DNA from: an uncultured Nitrospiraceae bacterium
GTDB taxonomy: Bacteria; Nitrospirota; UBA9217
DNA length: 45,008 nt
Reading direction: 5' to 3'
Assembly (NCBI GenBank): GCA_964364055.1
Contig: CAYILT010000003.1
Coordinates: forward strand, 1-45,008
This document shows positions 9,060 to 18,043 of this stretch, piece after piece. Below the pieces are notes generated by a model. The model was not told where the DNA came from. It saw nothing but the letters and a program-made list of their open reading frames with translations, and did no database searches. A program made the position numbers and the translations under genes. Position 1 is the stretch's first letter; the number at the start of each line of letters is the position of its first letter.

Positions 9060-10559
9060 ATGACGGAACTCATCAACAACCATCTATTATCGCTCATCAC
9101 TTTTACTCCGCTCCTGGGGGGAGTAATCATCCTCGTGATGCCGCGAGACAGGCAGGCCGCGATCCGCTGGACCGCACTGGCTTTTACCATTATGCCGCTC
9201 CTGTTCGCAGCAGCGCTTTACCTGCGCTTTAACAACGCCGCGGCCGGGTTCAGCGCGGCGTCGGGTCTCCAGTTCGTCGAGCGATACCCGTGGATTCCGG
9301 ACTTCAACATCAACTACTTCCTCGGCGTGGACGGTCTCAGCATGCCCATGGTGCTGCTCTGCGCGCTCATCTGCCCGCTCTGCGTGCTCGCCTCCTGGGG
9401 CATCGACAGGGGCGTCAAGGGTTACCATTTTCTTTTCCTGCTGCTCGAAACGGGCATGATGGGCGTGTTCGTGTCCCTGGATTTTTTCCTGTTCTTCGTC
9501 TTCTGGGAGGTCATGCTCCTGCCCATGTACTTCCTCATCGGCATCTGGGGCGGCCCGCGGAAGGAATACGCCGCCATCAAGTTCTTCATCTACACCCTGG
9601 TGGGCTCCGTGCTGATGCTGCTCGTGATCATCTATAGTTACCTGGCCTCGATGCCGCACACCTTCGACCTCACGGAGCTGGCAGCGAACAACAGCATCCT
9701 CGGCTATCGCGCCATCCTGTGGTGGCTGCTCTTTATCGGTTTCGCCATCAAGGTCCCGCTCTTCCCGTTCCATACCTGGCTGCCTGACGCCCACGTTGAA
9801 GCGCCCACGGCCGTCAGCGTGGTGCTTGCCGCCATCCTTCTCAAGATGGGGACCTACGGCATCCTCCGGATCAACTACAGCCTGCTGCCGGATGTGACCT
9901 TGTCCATGTCCCTTGTCATGGCCGTCATCGGCGCGGTGAACATCATCTACGGGGCGCTCTGCGCCATGGCGCAGAAGGACCTGAAAAAGCTCGTGGCCTA
10001 CTCCAGCATAAGCCACATGGGCTATGTCATGCTCGGCATGGCAAGCATGACGAACGAGGGCTTGAACGGCGCAGTGCTCCAGATGTTCAACCACGGCGTG
10101 GTCACGGCAATGCTGTTCCTGCTCGTTGGCGTGATCTACGACCGTGCGCACCACCGGGAGATCGAGGGCTTCGGCGGCATCGCGTCGGTGGTCCCGAACT
10201 ACGCCTTCGTCACCTTCCTGGCCTTCTTCGCGGCCTTGGGCCTGCCGGGCCTGAACAGCTTCACCAGCGAGGCCCTGGTGCTCCTGGGCGCCTTCAAAAA
10301 GTTCCGGATCATCACCGCCGTCGCGGCCTCGGGCGTGATCATCACCGCGGCCTACTGCCTCTGGACCCTGCAGCGGGTCTTCCTGGGCAAACTGAACGAG
10401 AAGTACTCGTTGTTGCCCGATCTCGAGCGTCGGGAGGCCCTGAGCCTCATTCCGCTCGGCGTCCTTGTCGTGGTCCTGGGCGTCTATCCGCATCCCGTGC
10501 TGAACCTCATGAAGGCCACGCTCGGTTCGATCAATGCCCTGGTGCTGGCGGCGCTGTAG
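9060..10559 (+). CDS. nuoM: NADH-quinone oxidoreductase subunit M
   Basis: FWEVMLLPMYFLIGIWGG, KVPLFPFHTWLPDAHVEAPT, KKLVAYSSISHMG. Confidence 0.97.
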   Translation: MTELINNHLLSLITFTPLLGGVIILVMPRDRQAAIRWTALAFTIMPLLFAAALYLRFNNAAAGFSAASGLQFVERYPWIPDFNINYFLGVDGLSMPMVLLCALICPLCVLASWGIDRGVKGYHFLFLLLETGMMGVFVSLDFFLFFVFWEVMLLPMYFLIGIWGGPRKEYAAIKFFIYTLVGSVLMLLVIIYSYLASMPHTFDLTELAANNSILGYRAILWWLLFIGFAIKVPLFPFHTWLPDAHVEAPTAVSVVLAAILLKMGTYGILRINYSLLPDVTLSMSLVMAVIGAVNIIYGALCAMAQKDLKKLVAYSSISHMGYVMLGMASMTNEGLNGAVLQMFNHGVVTAMLFLLVGVIYDRAHHREIEGFGGIASVVPNYAFVTFLAFFAALGLPGLNSFTSEALVLLGAFKKFRIITAVAASGVIITAAYCLWTLQRVFLGKLNEKYSLLPDLERREALSLIPLGVLVVVLGVYPHPVLNLMKATLGSINALVLAAL

Positions 10560-10641
10560 ATCGGGCCGCGGTGAATGCGAAGCGCAAAGCGCGAAAGTCA
10601 AAACGAGAAAAGATAAAATCAGAGCCTATGGCCGAACCACA

Positions 10642-10800
10642 CTAATACAAACGCATTTATTTATGTTAAAAATCTCCCCTGACCCCTCTTTTCTAAAGAG
10701 GGGATAATGCGATCTCCCCCTTTGGAAAAGGGGGATTAAGGGGGATTTAAATAAATTGCATGAGTCAAACCCGTAACAATATTAAATGCGTTTGCTATAG
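10642..10800. mobile_element. MITE-like element A with a C5/G5 palindrome core
   Basis: TIRs CTAATACAAACGCATTTA / TAAATGCGTTTGCTATAG enclose CCCCTCTTTTCTAAAGAGGGG and CCCCCTTTGGAAAAGGGGG hairpins. Confidence 0.7.
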
Positions 10801-10969
10801 TGCACCGTAAACTTATTTGCCAATGGTTCCACGCCGTCATTCCGGCACGTTTTAAGCCGGAATCCAGTGAATTTTTCTATTAAAATCTTCCTGGACCCCG
10901 GCTAAAGTCATGCCGGGGTGACGAGATAAAGGGCGCAATACAATCAAGAACTATATTTACAGTGCACTA
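10798..10969. mobile_element. MITE-like element B, directly abutting element A
   Basis: TIRs TAGTGCACCGTAAA / TTTACAGTGCACTA (13/14). Core GTCATTCCGGC...GCCGGAATCCAG...CTGGACCCCGGC...GCCGGGGTGAC is a REP-like double hairpin. Confidence 0.7.
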
Positions 10970-11061
10970 GTGCATTTTGCATTATGAAATCCGCATTGTC
11001 TTCGCCGTGCTTTTGCCTTTTTGAGGTTAATTTGGATTTGATCGTTCCTGGGTGACTCAGC

Positions 11062-12573
11062 ATGAGCAATTTCGAAAGTCTCCGATACTTCGCCCCCGAG
11101 GGATTTCTTTCGGTTTACATCATCCTGCTCCTGCTGGGCAGCTTCTTCGTGCGTCAGGACCGGAACAGGCCGTCCCTGTTCTATCCCCTGGGGATCGCGG
11201 GACTCGTGCTGACGCTCGTGCTCGAGCTCTTTGCCTGGCCGGCGTCCGCCGGCGCCGCGGAACTCTTTCATGGGCTGCTTCGCATGGACAGCCTGGCCCA
11301 TCTCTTTAAGCTGCTCTGCCTCGTCTCGGCCATCCTGTTCCTGGTCTTTTCCCTCACCGCGCGGGAGACCACCAAGCGGTTCCACGACTCGATGGAGTAC
11401 GTGGTCCTGGCCCTCTCCCTGACCCTGGGCATGATGCTCCTCGCGGCCTCGAACAACATCTTGATGCTTTACCTGGCCATGGAGCTTCTGAGCTTCACTT
11501 CGTACCTCCTCACGGGGTTCGTGGAGCGCGATGAGAAGACCACCGAGGCGGCGATCAAGTACCTCCTCTACGGCGCCGTGGCCTCGGGCATCATGATCTA
11601 CGGGTTCTCGCTCCTCTATGGCCTGACCGGGTCCCTGGATTTTACGGCCATCCGGGAGCGCCTGGTCGAGGACCAGGTTTCCAAGCCCATGCTCGTTATC
11701 GCAATCGCCTTCATCATGACGGGGCTGGGGTTCAAGATCGCGGCGTTTCCGTTCCACCTCTGGAGCCCGGACGTGTACGAGGGCGCGCCCACGGCCTTCA
11801 GCGCGTTCCTGTCCGTCGGCCCCAAAGCGGCGGGGTTCGCCGTTCTGGTGCGGGTCCTGTATCACGTCTTCGGCCTGGGAACAGCTTCCGTGGCGCCGCC
11901 TCCGGCGAATTTCGACTGGACCTTCACCATCGCCGTGGTCTCGGCCCTCACCATGACCATTGGGAACCTGGCGGCCCTGCCGCAGCGGAACATCAAGCGC
12001 CTGCTTGCCTACTCCAGCATCGCCCACGCGGGCTACGCGCTCATGGCCGTGGCGACCCAGAGCAGGTTCGGACTCAGGGCGCTGTTCTTCTACCTGGCGG
12101 TGTATCTTCTCATGAACCTAGGCGCCTTCCTCGTGGCCATCATGGTGGCGAACGAGCACTATACGGAGCGGCTCGATGGCTACGAAGGGCTGGGTTGGAA
12201 AGGGGCCCAGGGCGCGTTCCTGGCGTCCGTGATGACCGTGGCCCTCTTCTCCCTGGCCGGCATCCCGCCCTTTGCGGGCTTCGTGGGCAAGGTCTATCTC
12301 CTGCTCGCGGTGTTCAAGAAGGGAAGCGGGCTGTACTGGCTCGCCGTGGTGGCCGTGATCAACACGGTGATCTCGCTTTACTACTACGCGCGGGTCGTAA
12401 AGCTGATGTTCCTGTTCCGGAAGGTCCGGGGGACGCCGTTTTCGCCCATGACCGCGTTCCGGTACGTGCCGTACGCGGTCCTGGCGGCACTGGCATTCCT
12501 CACGGTCCTCTTCGGCGTATACTGGCCGCCGCTGGACGCGCTCAGCAGGCTGGCGGAGAACTTTTTGTATTAA
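11062..12573 (+). CDS. nuoN: NADH-quinone oxidoreductase subunit N
   Basis: EAAIKYLLYG, FKIAAFPFHLWSPDVYEGAPT, KRLLAYSSIAHAGY, SLAGIPPFAGFVGK. Confidence 0.97.
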   Translation: MSNFESLRYFAPEGFLSVYIILLLLGSFFVRQDRNRPSLFYPLGIAGLVLTLVLELFAWPASAGAAELFHGLLRMDSLAHLFKLLCLVSAILFLVFSLTARETTKRFHDSMEYVVLALSLTLGMMLLAASNNILMLYLAMELLSFTSYLLTGFVERDEKTTEAAIKYLLYGAVASGIMIYGFSLLYGLTGSLDFTAIRERLVEDQVSKPMLVIAIAFIMTGLGFKIAAFPFHLWSPDVYEGAPTAFSAFLSVGPKAAGFAVLVRVLYHVFGLGTASVAPPPANFDWTFTIAVVSALTMTIGNLAALPQRNIKRLLAYSSIAHAGYALMAVATQSRFGLRALFFYLAVYLLMNLGAFLVAIMVANEHYTERLDGYEGLGWKGAQGAFLASVMTVALFSLAGIPPFAGFVGKVYLLLAVFKKGSGLYWLAVVAVINTVISLYYYARVVKLMFLFRKVRGTPFSPMTAFRYVPYAVLAALAFLTVLFGVYWPPLDALSRLAENFLY

Positions 12574-12612
12574 ATTCCAGCGCGCACGGATTCTTGTCAG
12601 GGGGTATCAGAT

Positions 12613-13041
12613 ATGACCATTCGGGAGATATTAAGGGAAAAGGGCAGTGAGGTGCTGACCGTGGACATGGACACGAGCATCCCGGATACGGCCCGCGTTA
12701 TGATGGAAAAAAACATCGGCGCCCTGCTCGTCGAGGACGACGGCAAGCTCTGCGGCATCGTGACCGAGCGGGACGTGGTCCGGATCCTGGGCAAGACCGG
12801 CTGCGACCTCGAGGGCCTGCGCGTGGCGGACATCATGGTCAAGAGCGAGAACCTGTTCGTGGCCGAGGCGGACGATCAGAACGACACCGTCATGGCAATC
12901 ATGGTCCAGAAGAACTTCCGCCACATGCCCATCGTGGACGAGGGCGAGATCGTGGGCCTCATCTCCATCCGCGACGTGGTCCGGGCGCACGTGAAGAAGC
13001 TCCAGGCCCAGGTGCATTTCCTCTCGGAGTACATCCGGTAG
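12613..13041 (+). CDS. Tandem CBS-domain protein
   Basis: NIGALLVEDDGKLCGIVTERD and FRHMPIVDEGEIVGLISIRDVV. Confidence 0.92.
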   Translation: MTIREILREKGSEVLTVDMDTSIPDTARVMMEKNIGALLVEDDGKLCGIVTERDVVRILGKTGCDLEGLRVADIMVKSENLFVAEADDQNDTVMAIMVQKNFRHMPIVDEGEIVGLISIRDVVRAHVKKLQAQVHFLSEYIR

Positions 13042-13111
13042 AGGATGCGGACGAACACGGAACATGGGATAGGAGCGGATATGAGTAGTAAGTGACTGTC
13101 GATCGGGAAAA

Positions 13112-13560
13112 TTAATGATACGCTGTGCCTGTTGTTGTTCTCTCCTCGTACTTCTTGCGTTCCTTCCCGTAGATCGCCTTGTTCCTGACGGCCGGGATCG
13201 AGAAATCGCCCTTTTCCCGCCACTTATCCTTCAGGTAATACCAGGGAGCAAAGTCTTCTATCTTCCATCCTTCTTTTATCTTTATCTCCGTTGTAACCCG
13301 CATATCTCTAATGAACAAAAACCTTTTTGTCTGCTATCATTGTGTGCTTGCCCTCACAAGGACCCCGAGACCCTGTCTCCGCCTCCTCCCGGGTTATGGT
13401 AAGCTGAGGAAACCCGGCTCCTTCATCTTTTGACATCGCAATGGCACGCGACGCAACCGCTTCCATCCTGATGCCTCTGCTCGTGGGCGGTGGTCACGCC
13501 GCTTGCCAGCAATACTGCAATGGTACCCAGCGCCGCCGCCCAATGTACTCGCTTTTCCAT
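13112..13560 (-). pseudogene. Internally deleted relic of a paralog of the multiheme cytochrome at 16078-17898
   Basis: 5' end: GGAG RBS, then MEKRVHWAAALGTIAVLLASG...CVACH and frameshifted KMKE-GFPQLTIT. 3' end: EGKHT..ADKK, then KEGWKIEDFAPWYYLKDKWR, matching the intact gene. Confidence 0.85.
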
Positions 13561-13681
13561 CCGCCGTTACTCCTTAGATTTATTTATGAAACGTTCATGC
13601 CTCAACGAGGCACAACGAAGCATGAAAATGCCTTCACCCTCCCCCCGCTTCTTTCCCGTCCGTTTTTTCCCCGCTGTTTGC

Positions 13682-14047
13682 TCAGCGGGCCAGTTGTTTT
13701 TTCACGGCAAGCAGCAAATCTATGGGCTCGCAGGGCTTGGTCAGGTATTCATCGGCGCCCTGCTTCTCGCCCCAGGCCTTATCGCTCGGTTGGTCCTTTG
13801 AGGTAAAGATGATTACCGGGATACTTCTTAATTTCTCGTCTTTTTTAATATCCCTGCAGAGCTGAAACCCGTTCTTCTTCGGCATAATCACATCGAGGAT
13901 GATCAGATCGAACGGCTCGGTCCTGATCATCTTCTCGGCCTCTTCCCCATCCATCGCAACGAAAAGGTCGTGCCCCGTGTCGGCCAGCACGGACTTTATG
14001 TACTGAATGTCCGTAAGGCTGTCCTCGGCAATGAGAATCCTCGCCAT
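13682..14047 (-). CDS. Single-domain response regulator (PilH/CheY-like)
   Basis: ILIAEDS, LIILDVIMPKKNGFQLCR, GADEYLTKP. Confidence 0.93.
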   Translation of the reverse strand: MARILIAEDSLTDIQYIKSVLADTGHDLFVAMDGEEAEKMIRTEPFDLIILDVIMPKKNGFQLCRDIKKDEKLRSIPVIIFTSKDQPSDKAWGEKQGADEYLTKPCEPIDLLLAVKKQLAR

Positions 14048-14067
14048 ACCAACCTCCTCCCGAGCCG

Positions 14068-14955
14068 TTATTTTTTCTTCGTGATGATGTCCATTGCCTT
14101 TGCAAGGCTCACTTTCATCCGCGTGAACGCGTCCGCGAGGGTCTTGATCTCGTCGTTGGTCTTTACCGCGAACTCCCGCTCGAACTTCCCGCGGCTTATT
14201 TCGTTCGCCGCCTCCACAAACCGCTCAATGGGCTTGATGATGCTGGCGATAATGAGCCGGTCGATGACGATTATGACCACAAAGAAAAATCCACTGTAGA
14301 TCAGGGAAAACAGCGCGAGGGCCTTTCGTGCATTCTGGATCGGGACATCAGCAGGGACATAGACGGAGGCAACAGTCAGAATCTCGCCCACCTTCCAGCC
14401 ATAACCATGGGTTGTCCCATATTTCTCCGTCACCTCGGGAGGCGCAAATGCAGGGTCACCGTGGCATCTGAGACAGTCAGGTTTTATCTCTACAGGCCTC
14501 ATGACCACATAGAAGCTGCCTGCGCCTGTCTGTTTATAACCCCTCCATTCCTTCGTCAGTCTGCCCGACCGGAACCCTTCTATCTTCTCCTTTTCAAAAT
14601 CATCCGCCATATATTCGAGGTTAAGGGGATTGAGGGTCGCCTCCTTGAAGGAATAATTCGGAAGCTTTTCTCTGATTCTCTTCTCTATATTCTTTGCTAC
14701 AAAGGTAGCGGACATGGCCTCGACGATGAACTTCTTCGGGAGCTCCTTCGTCACCGTAGGTCTGAGGACCTCGCCGGTATATTTCCTCGCCCCCTCCATC
14801 GCGGCCAGCATGAGGTTCGACTCTTCGAGTATTTCCCTCACCGCGTTCTGCTTGAGAATGTAATAGCTCCCCACAATCATGATGGGAAGGGAAACAACGT
14901 ACACCACCAGCATGATGACGGTAAACCGTTTCCTCAGCTTCATGTTCTTCAGCAT
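14068..14955 (-). CDS. Membrane sensor: DUF3365/Tll0287-like c-heme domain plus terminal HAMP, no output domain
   Basis: Two TM helices, FKEATLNPLN, one CLRCH motif, GYGWKVGE. Ends DEIKTLADAFTRMKVSL...stop. Confidence 0.85.
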   Translation of the reverse strand: MLKNMKLRKRFTVIMLVVYVVSLPIMIVGSYYILKQNAVREILEESNLMLAAMEGARKYTGEVLRPTVTKELPKKFIVEAMSATFVAKNIEKRIREKLPNYSFKEATLNPLNLEYMADDFEKEKIEGFRSGRLTKEWRGYKQTGAGSFYVVMRPVEIKPDCLRCHGDPAFAPPEVTEKYGTTHGYGWKVGEILTVASVYVPADVPIQNARKALALFSLIYSGFFFVVIIVIDRLIIASIIKPIERFVEAANEISRGKFEREFAVKTNDEIKTLADAFTRMKVSLAKAMDIITKKK

Positions 14956-15015
14956 ATCCTGTCACCTCCACCCATTCTATTGACTGTGCATGCCGGAGAG
15001 TTCGTCTTTCTCCGC

Positions 15016-15555
15016 CTATCCCTTTCGGTGTTTTGCGACGAAGGAGGCCTGGTGCTGGTCGGGCAATTCCTTTGCGAACAAGTCCACCAGACGCGAGTAA
15101 TCCCCGAACGGCATGGGGTTGCCGCGGCTGTACGACAGCCCGGCGAAGACGGTATCCGAGATCATTTTCCCGATCGGTCCGATCAGCTCGATGAATTCCT
15201 CTTCCACGGCCTTGACCGTCTGGGGCTGGACGGCGACGCCCGGCCGCGACGGCGCCGGTTCTGCGACCGCCTCCGAACCGGCCGTTCCGATAATCGCTAT
15301 GATCTTCTCCGTCAGGGGCGCCTGCGCCGGCGTCGTGGGTTTCATGCCCGGCAGAAAGGAATGCTCGACGGGAACGACGCCGTCCAGTTTTCTCAGGCAT
15401 TCCTCGTTTTTGCATGCGCCGAGGTTCAGGGAAACGATTTCTCCGCCGTCGAAGCATATCTTCAGGAGGTGGCTTTCACCCTCTATTTTTATCGCAAGAA
15501 GCCCGGTATCCTTTGACCGCAGATACTTTCCTATGAGAGGCGATAACGGATTCAC
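15016..15555 (-). CDS. DUF4388/PATAN-like protein
   Basis: KDTGLLAIKI...KICFDGGEIV N-terminal pattern and ELIGPIGKMI C-terminal region; paralog of 19194-19769. Confidence 0.6.
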   Translation of the reverse strand: MNPLSPLIGKYLRSKDTGLLAIKIEGESHLLKICFDGGEIVSLNLGACKNEECLRKLDGVVPVEHSFLPGMKPTTPAQAPLTEKIIAIIGTAGSEAVAEPAPSRPGVAVQPQTVKAVEEEFIELIGPIGKMISDTVFAGLSYSRGNPMPFGDYSRLVDLFAKELPDQHQASFVAKHRKG

Positions 15556-15703
15556 GAGGGCGCTCCTTTCCGCTTTTGCCGCAAAGGACGAACGGATCGC
15601 AACGGTATCCGTTTTAAATCCAAGGCATTCTTGGCGTTCCCAGCGACTTCGCGGCGTTCCAATAATTCCTATTATATATTATTCATACGCCTATTGCAAT
15701 GGA

Positions 15704-15985
15704 TCATAACGGCATATCATACTGGCTCTGGCTTCCGCAGGTTGTTTCCTTCGGCAACCCGTCGGTTGTAGCGCCGAGTCTCTGTACGCCGTGGTCGCAG
15801 AAACTCATCGTGACTCCCTGCAACGTGCAGAGTCCGGAATAAAAGGGTTGTTCAAGCAATTTTGTTCCCTCATCCATGGTGAAGATCGCTGCTTCGTGGC
15901 CCTTGGAAAAAGCGGCATTGGTGAGTCCGAGAACGTCATCGAGGCGCTTATTGGTATTGACCGGTATTCCTAATTTTATTTTCAT
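15704..15985 (-). pseudogene. DsrE-family protein with a degenerate C-terminus
   Basis: KLGIPVNT...SKGHEAAIFTMDEG...SFCDH...CGSQ. An AGCCAG duplication and an apparent frameshift at YD(N)AVM cut off the end. Paralog of 27783-28084. Confidence 0.65.
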
Positions 15986-16077
15986 CCTCCTGAAAATTAT
16001 ACATCAACCTTCGCGCCGATTATGGTTCCGATTTCATTGGTGGTATACGGGTTAATGCCGATTTTTCGGGTTCCGAA

Positions 16078-17898
16078 TTATCTCAGCAACTTCTTCACGC
16101 TCTCGGTATGATAGAATCCGTCCGCTTTGAGGGTATTCTCATATCTGCTGCGCTCTTTTCCATAGAGGGTCTTTTTCTTGTTCGCCGGGATGGAGAAATC
16201 GCCTTTCACCCGCCACTTATCCTTCAGGTAATACCACGGAGCAAAGTCCTCGATCTTCCAGCCCTCCTTAGGCTTTATCTCCGTCTTGGCCTGCATGTCT
16301 TTTATGAACAGCCCCTTTTTATCGGCTATCACGGTATGTTTTCCCTCAAAGGGCTCGGCGCCTTGATCGTTATACTTCCACGAAACCTCCTGGCGCTGCA
16401 CCCCGTCCTTGGTGTGGCAGCTCTCGCAGCTCCTCGATTTCCCGTACTTGTGGGACATCTTGTCCATCTGTATCCACGCAAGGGCATTGTCGTTTCCGGG
16501 CAATCCGCTGAGAAGCCCGACAAAGGCATATGCATCATCCGTTCTCTCAATGTCCGGAAGATTCGCAGGGTATCTCCAGGCAAGGCCCGGTTTCAGCCCG
16601 CCGTCCGTCTTCTGGTTCATGACGGCCATTGCATAGGGCTTCACCGGTATCCATCTCCCTTTTTGGTCTTTGATTAGAATGGGCTCCTTCATGACACCGT
16701 AGTATTCCTTATATTTTTTGAACGGCGTGGCGGCTCCGGCCACTTTTCCCGGCCCCCAGAAGGTGCCGGCATAGCCGCCCACATCCTGTATGTGACATGC
16801 CTCGCAGGTCACTTTTTTGTGTATAGACGTTGCCGTGGATTTAACCGCGTTATCATGGCATCGTGAGCAGCTCGCCTGTCTCTTTACCTGTCCGTGGAGA
16901 AGCGTTTTGTCCCTTGCAGGGGTGTCATGGCACTCGGTACAGGAAAGCCCCTTTGCATTGTGAACATCGGGGGCCGCGCCTTTCGGATTTGCGTAGTCAC
17001 CGCCTATATAGCCGCCGCCGCGCCTTCTGTCCTCGGGCCCTGCATGGCAGAGAGAGCCCCTCCCGCCGCCGTAACAGGTCTGGGGCGATATATTTTTTGT
17101 AAATGTGTGAGAACCTATGGCGGGATCATTCGGATCTTTCTTCTTAGGACTGTAATGGCAGTCGAGGCATCCGGCGTGGCAGGTATTACACGCCTTTTGA
17201 TTGATCGATGCCATTTCCCTCGTGAACGGGACCTTGGCGTCCTTTGCGATCTCTTCATGCCCGTCAACAAACCACGCACCACAGTTATGGGGACCCTTTT
17301 TTTTGTCGGTCCAGGTCTTGTACTGGCTTTGCTTTGCGTTGTGCCCCATTGCGGTCTTCCTGAATTCATCAACCTGTTTCGGGTGGCATGTTCCGCAGGT
17401 CTTCTCCTGAACAGCATAGTTGAAGGAAAGGGTCTCGGGGTCCTTGTCGTGGTAGAGGATGGTGTTCACCTCCGGATCTTTGACGAGTTTGCCGTCCTTT
17501 TCGACCATGGGGAGAAGCTCGACCACGGGGTTCTTTCCCCTCGGCTCCAGGGATTCCGGTTTGTAGTTTTCGAGCTTGTCCCTCGTTACGGCCTGAAAGC
17601 CCTTTGCCTTCACATAATAAAGCCTGAGCAATCCTTTATGCGCGCCTTCCTTTGTTGCGTCTGAAGAATTACCGAGATGACAGTCAGTGCACGAGGCGGG
17701 CATCTTTGTCTGTTTTTCCACTTCCTGCTGAGTTACGGAAAGCCGTGGAAATCCCATCTCCTTCATTTTTACCGCATCGCCGTGGCACGCAAGACAACTG
17801 CTGACCTCCTGAGGCTTCTGCTGAGCAATGGTTCCGTCGGCGGCGATGAGCAACGCGATACTGCCGAATGCAAGCGCGAGCATTCCCTTTCTCTTCAT
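16078..17898 (-). CDS. Exported multiheme cytochrome c (9 CxxCH plus one CX8CH)
   Basis: GGAGG RBS and signal peptide MKRKGMLALAFGSIALLIAA. Motifs CLACH, CTDCH, CGTCH, CNTCH, CLDCH, CTECH, CSRCH, CEACH, CESCH, plus CYGGGRGSLCH. Confidence 0.92.
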   Translation of the reverse strand: MKRKGMLALAFGSIALLIAADGTIAQQKPQEVSSCLACHGDAVKMKEMGFPRLSVTQQEVEKQTKMPASCTDCHLGNSSDATKEGAHKGLLRLYYVKAKGFQAVTRDKLENYKPESLEPRGKNPVVELLPMVEKDGKLVKDPEVNTILYHDKDPETLSFNYAVQEKTCGTCHPKQVDEFRKTAMGHNAKQSQYKTWTDKKKGPHNCGAWFVDGHEEIAKDAKVPFTREMASINQKACNTCHAGCLDCHYSPKKKDPNDPAIGSHTFTKNISPQTCYGGGRGSLCHAGPEDRRRGGGYIGGDYANPKGAAPDVHNAKGLSCTECHDTPARDKTLLHGQVKRQASCSRCHDNAVKSTATSIHKKVTCEACHIQDVGGYAGTFWGPGKVAGAATPFKKYKEYYGVMKEPILIKDQKGRWIPVKPYAMAVMNQKTDGGLKPGLAWRYPANLPDIERTDDAYAFVGLLSGLPGNDNALAWIQMDKMSHKYGKSRSCESCHTKDGVQRQEVSWKYNDQGAEPFEGKHTVIADKKGLFIKDMQAKTEIKPKEGWKIEDFAPWYYLKDKWRVKGDFSIPANKKKTLYGKERSRYENTLKADGFYHTESVKKLLR

Positions 17899-18043
17899 CT
17901 TTTTTTGCCTCCTTATCGGTTGATGAGAGCGTCCGTGTCCGGCTCGTCTCTCTCTCTCTGCACCCATCTTGGTCATCGGCGTCATGATTCCCCCTGAAAC
18001 AGATAGCTCCATTGAAACAAATACGCGCGGGCGGAGCATTCGC

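Noticed and set aside
10560-11061. CRISPR array
   Set aside because: The repeats are inverted and non-periodic, with no repeat-spacer structure and no cas genes.
6838-12027. Long antisense ORFs (6838-7743, 9087-10601, 10957-12027) and similar ones such as 21819-23003, 26865-28118 and 29543-31030
   Set aside because: They are shadows of GC-rich genes on the opposite strand and have no recognisable motifs.
13594-13629. Small palindrome (TTCATGCCTC...GAGGCA...GCATGAA) as a separate mobile element
   Set aside because: Single copy in the window; cannot be distinguished from an ordinary hairpin.
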